From Dehalococcoidia bacterium (GTDB lineage Bacteria > Chloroflexota > Dehalococcoidia > Bin125), in contig CAXXSR010000001.1 in NCBI GenBank assembly GCA_963662615.2, forward strand, positions 1,248,001 through 1,312,000: a stretch of DNA of 64,000 nt. The letters run 5' to 3'. The notes beneath the pieces are model-generated. The model saw only the letters and a list, made by a program, of their open reading frames with translations, was not told the DNA's origin and searched no databases. Shown piece by piece: positions 59,626 to 64,000 of the stretch; position 1 is the stretch's first letter; every line of letters starts with the position of its first letter. Position numbers and translations under genes: made by a program.

Positions 59626-60522
59626 ATGGCGACTGCCGCGAGCCAGCCTACCGTTCAGGGTCTCTTGGGAAATCTGGAGAATCTCTGGCAAGGGATCGAT
59701 GAGTTCTTAGGCACTCTCGGGCCGGACGACTGGGCCCGCCCTCACGGTCCGGACTGGGCCTTCGCTGACCTGCCGTATCACCTCTCCTACTTTGACCGCG
59801 AGATCATCGCCCGCGCGATTGAGCTGGGGCCGGACATCCCGGCCGACGAGCAGCAGGTGTGGAGCAGCTTCAATGATCTGAACGCGTGGAACGATCAGCG
59901 GTTCACGCAGCGGCCGGTAGGGCAGACGCCCGAGCAGTCGCTGGAGCAGATGCGGGCCAGCCGCGACGAGATTCGGCGGGTGGCCGGCCAGATGGGCGAC
60001 GCGGACCTCGAGCGCCCCACCTTCATCCCCATCTTCGGGGGCTGGCTCAATGCCGCCGCTGTGCTCGCCGCCTGCGGCGCCCACACCTGGAACCACCACA
60101 CGGAGCTGCGGCTGCGACTCGATCGTACTTCCCCGCAGCCGAGCCCCGCTGCCACCCACAGCGCGCTGGCGTTTTACACGACCCTGATCCCACATGTCTC
60201 GCTCGACCGCGACCAAGCGGCGAACCGACAGTTCACGACCGTGATGGAGTTCACCGGCCCCGGAGGTGGGGCCTGGACCGTGCGAGTCGCCAACGGCAGC
60301 TGCAACTGCAGCGAGGAGCGGGCCGGCCAGCCCGATCTCGTGTTGACCCAAAGCCCGGAGACCTTCGTCAAGACGCTCGCCGGGATGCAGGACCCGGCGG
60401 CGGCGATCGAATCGGGAGTCATCAAGGTGCAAGGGATCGAGAACATGCCGACGTACGGCGGCTTGTTCCCGCCCGTTGACCCAAGCCAGGTCATCCCACC
60501 CATGGGGGCGACGACGCTCTAG
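59626..60522 (+). CDS. DinB/MDMPI-like domain plus SCP2-like domain protein
   Basis: W...DLPYHL and HTWNHH metal-site pattern; C-terminal GPGGGAWTV...PDLVL...IKVQG; GAGGAG SD. Confidence 0.8.
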   Translation: MATAASQPTVQGLLGNLENLWQGIDEFLGTLGPDDWARPHGPDWAFADLPYHLSYFDREIIARAIELGPDIPADEQQVWSSFNDLNAWNDQRFTQRPVGQTPEQSLEQMRASRDEIRRVAGQMGDADLERPTFIPIFGGWLNAAAVLAACGAHTWNHHTELRLRLDRTSPQPSPAATHSALAFYTTLIPHVSLDRDQAANRQFTTVMEFTGPGGGAWTVRVANGSCNCSEERAGQPDLVLTQSPETFVKTLAGMQDPAAAIESGVIKVQGIENMPTYGGLFPPVDPSQVIPPMGATTL

Positions 60523-60832
60523 AGCCGCTTGCCGAGAGGCGCCGGCGCGACAAGCGCGGCTCGTCGCGACCCCTGCCTGCCGTGCAGCGCGAATGGGGCA
60601 CGCAGCTCTCGCAGGCAGCCGATGCCTCCGACATGATCAGCGATCGCCGGAATGGCATGATCGAAGTTGCCCGGAGTCCGTGACGGCGCCACAAATGCGA
60701 AACTGCACTCGGCGCGCCGACTCGTACGAATCTTCGCCCCAGAAGCCGTTGCGCCGATCCACGGGGCGAGGGCGACCGGCGCGGCCCAAGGACGATTGAG
60801 TCGCCCTCGCCGGCTCGCCTAGCACGAGGCCT

Positions 60833-61723
60833 ATGGTGACCACGCGCGATCGCTCGCTCAAGATCGGCATCGCCGGGGCAGGCCGGTTGGGGACGGCGCT
60901 CGCCCTCGGCTTGGAGGCAGCGGGGTATCGCCTCACCGGCGTCGCCGGCCCACGCACCGGCTCCGCCGAGGCGCTGGCGGCGCGGTTGTCGGGCGCGCAG
61001 CCGCTGCCCGCTCCGGCGCTCGCTGAGCTCTGCGACCTGATCTTCCTCACCGTTCCCGATGGCGACATCGCCACCACCGCCGCCTCGATCCCCTGGCGGC
61101 CGGGGCAGGCCGCCGTCCACTGCAGCGGAGCGCTTGGACTGGAGGCGCTGGAGTCCGCCGCCGCGGCCGGCGCTCGGATCGGCTCATTCCACCCCCTGCA
61201 GTCGTTCCCCTCGCCCACGGGCGACGCGTCACGCTTCCATGGGATCGTCTGCGGCGTCGAGGGCGCGGAGCCGCTGGGTGGCCGGCTGGAGCGCATGGCT
61301 GTCGCGCTGGGCGCCACGCCTGTGCGCTTAGAGGGCGTCGATCGCGCCCTCTACCACGCGGCCGCGGTGTTCGCGAGCAACTATGTGGTGGCGCTAGCGG
61401 CAGCAGCGCGACGCGTGTGGACCATGGCCGGGCTGCCCCTTGAGAGCGCGCAGCCAGCCCTGGCGCCGCTCCTCTCGGGCGCGGCCCAGAGCGCGGAGAC
61501 GCTGGCGCTGCAGCACGCGCTCACCGGACCGATCGCGCGGGGCGACGTGGATACGGTGGAACGCCACCTCGCTGCGCTCGCTTCCGACTCCGCGCTCCGG
61601 GAACTCTACCGCCGCTTGGGCGCGCAACTGCTCGATCTGCCGTTGAACTTCGCCCCGGAGTCCCAGGCCCGCCTGCGCGACCTGCTCGCCGCTGACGACG
61701 TGAGCGGCGGATCCCCTCGCTGA
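60833..61723 (+). CDS. Rossmann-like / DUF2520 oxidoreductase (PanG-like)
   Basis: GAGRLG, LTVPD, HCSGA, FHPLQSF, YHAAAVFASN, ALTGPIARGD. Confidence 0.9.
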   Translation: MVTTRDRSLKIGIAGAGRLGTALALGLEAAGYRLTGVAGPRTGSAEALAARLSGAQPLPAPALAELCDLIFLTVPDGDIATTAASIPWRPGQAAVHCSGALGLEALESAAAAGARIGSFHPLQSFPSPTGDASRFHGIVCGVEGAEPLGGRLERMAVALGATPVRLEGVDRALYHAAAVFASNYVVALAAAARRVWTMAGLPLESAQPALAPLLSGAAQSAETLALQHALTGPIARGDVDTVERHLAALASDSALRELYRRLGAQLLDLPLNFAPESQARLRDLLAADDVSGGSPR

Positions 61724-61823
61724 GGCCGCCCATCTCGATGCTCGCCAGGGCGGCACTCTTGTCGACGCACAGGCAATCCGTCGGCCGGGAGTAGAATAGC
61801 CCGGCACCGTGAGGGAGAGCATC

Positions 61824-63086
61824 ATGGTCAAGGTCATCTTCCAGGTCTACCCAGTGATCCACGCCGCGGACGAAGCGGAACGGACGGCGCTGCGGCCAAT
61901 CGGGCGCAACGCCGACCGCTACCAACAGGCCCTCAACGGCCTGCCCGACATCGTCCAAGCGGCCGACGCCCTGGGGCTGTGGGGCATCGCCTCGATCGAG
62001 CACCACTTCCACTCGGAGGGCTACGAAGTCGGACCGGACCCCGGCGTCTTGAACGCCTACTGGGCCGCCATCACCAAGAACATCCGCGTTGGCCAGTTGG
62101 GCTACGTAATGAGCGCTCAGCACCCCATCCGCGTAGCCGAGCAGACGGCCATCCTGGACCATCTCAGCCGTGGCCGCTGCTTCGTAGGCTTTGCGCGTGG
62201 CTACCAAGACCGCTGGACCAACATCATTGGCCAGCACCTCGGAACGCGCGCCACCCACTCGCTCGAAGGCGCCGACGACGCCCTCAACCGCGAGATCTTC
62301 GAAGAGCAAGTCGAACTCGTCATTCGCGCCTGGACGGAGGACAGCATTGAGCTGAAGAGTCCCCGCTGGCAGATCCCCTACCCCTACGACGATGGCATTG
62401 ACTGGTGGATGCGGGAGACGACAGCGCGGCTTGGCGCTCCCGGCGAGCTTGGGCCGGACGGTCGGGTCCGCCGGGTCAGCGTCGTGCCGGCGCCCTACAT
62501 CAAGCCTCATCCGCCCATCTTCGTGGGCAGCTCCGCCAGCGCTGCGACCGTGGAGTACTGCGGACGCAACGGTTTCATTCCCACCTACTTCGGCGGCGTC
62601 GAACGGACCGTCAGCTTCGGTCCGCGCTATGTCGAGGCCGCCGCGCAGGCAGGCCACACCTATGCGCTAGGGCAGAACCAGGCGGCGGTTCGCTGGCTGC
62701 AGATCGCCGACGACCGCGACGCTCTCCGGCGCGCTCTCAGCGCCTACGACACGGAGATCTACAAGAACTTCTACAACCAACTCCACTCCCAGGCCCGCCA
62801 CGCGCCCGATGCGCTGCCGCTCGATGCCGGAGAGGAGCAGATCCTCGACAGACTGGAACAGTCGCCGCAGCACGCCACCGGGACCGTGGACGAGGTCCGG
62901 GAGCTGCTCGTGAGCCAGCGGCGCGACTTCCCCGCCGAGTACATCGTCCTGATCCTCCACTACGCGCAGCAACCGGCGGATAGTGTGATCCGCAACCTGG
63001 AGACCTTCATGCGCGAAGTGAAGCCGGCGCTCGACGAATTGACGATGTATCCGGAGCCCGCGACGGCGGAGGTCGCGCCGCGGTAG
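61824..63086 (+). CDS. Luciferase-like (LLM) flavin-dependent monooxygenase
   Basis: EHHFHSEG, HPIRVAEQTAILDHLS.GR, ARGYQ, PHPPIF, GTVDEV, F.REVKP. Confidence 0.92.
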   Translation: MVKVIFQVYPVIHAADEAERTALRPIGRNADRYQQALNGLPDIVQAADALGLWGIASIEHHFHSEGYEVGPDPGVLNAYWAAITKNIRVGQLGYVMSAQHPIRVAEQTAILDHLSRGRCFVGFARGYQDRWTNIIGQHLGTRATHSLEGADDALNREIFEEQVELVIRAWTEDSIELKSPRWQIPYPYDDGIDWWMRETTARLGAPGELGPDGRVRRVSVVPAPYIKPHPPIFVGSSASAATVEYCGRNGFIPTYFGGVERTVSFGPRYVEAAAQAGHTYALGQNQAAVRWLQIADDRDALRRALSAYDTEIYKNFYNQLHSQARHAPDALPLDAGEEQILDRLEQSPQHATGTVDEVRELLVSQRRDFPAEYIVLILHYAQQPADSVIRNLETFMREVKPALDELTMYPEPATAEVAPR

Positions 63087-63166
63087 CGCCGCCCGCCCCC
63101 ACCGCCGCGTCCGAGCGAGCTCCCGACACCGGGGCTGCATTCCCCAATTGGAGAGGGGCGCCCTCC

Positions 63167-63991
63167 ATGAGACAACGGAGGACCGGCCGCCGCCAAAGCG
63201 TCGACATGCGCGCGGTCTGGAACCGCATGGCCCGCCCCTACCAGGCGCACTACCGCATCCCCACTGACCAGATTCACTACGGTCCCAACGTCCCCAGCGA
63301 AGACGAGCTGCAGCTGCTGGGCGATCCGCGCGGACGGGACGTCCTGGAGGTCGGCTGCGGCGGCGGGCAGAACGCCGTCGCCTTCAAGAAGCGCGGCGCC
63401 GCGCGTGTCGTTGGCATCGACATCTCCGACAGCCAGATCGCGCACGCGCGCGCGCTCGCCAAGCAGGAAAACGCGGACGTGCAGTTCTATCGTGGCACAG
63501 CAGAGCGGCTCCACCGCTTCAGCGACGCCTCCTTCGACATCGCCATCTCCGCCTATTGCCTCTCCTACGTCGCCGACCTTGCCCGCAGCCTCCGCGAGGT
63601 CTATCGCGTGCTGCGCCCTCACGGTCGCTTCGCCCTCTCGCTGGATCACCCCATCGTCGGGATGACCGGCGACGACGGCGTCACCTTCGAGCGCTCCTAC
63701 TTCCAGCGTGAGGCCGCCTGGTTATGGACCCTACCGGGTGGCGCGAGGGCGCGCGTGCGCGCCTACTACCGCACGGTTGAGGAGATCTTCGACGCCCTCC
63801 GTGCCCCCGGCTTCACTGTGGAGCGCATCATCGAGCCTCCGCACCGGCCGCTCCCAGAGAGCCGCTGGGACGAACCCATGTACACCCAGACGACGTTCCC
63901 AGCCACCATCATCTTCGCCGCGCGCAAGAGCGGCGGCTCGCCAGCGGATCGAACGAAGTCCCACAAGGAGGGCACCTCCGCTAGACTCTGA
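63167..63991 (+). CDS. Class I SAM-dependent methyltransferase
   Basis: VLEVGCGGG, GIDIS, SFDI, RVLRPHG. Confidence 0.9.
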   Translation: MRQRRTGRRQSVDMRAVWNRMARPYQAHYRIPTDQIHYGPNVPSEDELQLLGDPRGRDVLEVGCGGGQNAVAFKKRGAARVVGIDISDSQIAHARALAKQENADVQFYRGTAERLHRFSDASFDIAISAYCLSYVADLARSLREVYRVLRPHGRFALSLDHPIVGMTGDDGVTFERSYFQREAAWLWTLPGGARARVRAYYRTVEEIFDALRAPGFTVERIIEPPHRPLPESRWDEPMYTQTTFPATIIFAARKSGGSPADRTKSHKEGTSARL

Positions 63992-64000
63992 CGCACATTC

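Overview
GC-rich bacterial chromosome segment, most consistent with a monoderm Chloroflexota (Dehalococcoidia-like) organism. This is an inference from ftsA being present, lpxC/lpxA being absent next to ftsZ/fabZ, GAAC-N4-GTTC LexA boxes, the recA-recX-rny-ymdB-PHP-fabZ order and a luciferase-like monooxygenase. Positions 1-44 kb are core genome: HDAC-family deacetylase, selB, secF-secD-yajC, cca, def, priA, rplS, trmD, mog, a dcw cluster lacking murE (mraZ to ftsZ), nrdR-nrdJ, a histone H1-like repeat protein, a B12 radical SAM enzyme, yggS-proC-yggT/yggU, the recA operon and tRNA-Asp. Positions 44-64 kb look accessory: an amidohydrolase broken by one in-frame TAG, zwf, a surface glycosylation locus flanked by two secreted repeat proteins, and several catabolic-type enzymes. 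Strongest leads: (1) a LysM-like domain inserted in SecD, next to a SecF with a duplicated extracytoplasmic domain, suggesting a cell-wall-tethered SecDF; (2) an NrdR-box-like palindrome on the promoter of the histone H1-like gene just downstream of nrdRJ; (3) a candidate [21 protein letters not shown] surface-protein glycosylation system; (4) frequent leaderless genes, including a 37-bp back-to-back promoter. No CRISPR array, rRNA, integrase or transposase was seen. All calls are by-eye motif recognition; no searches were run.
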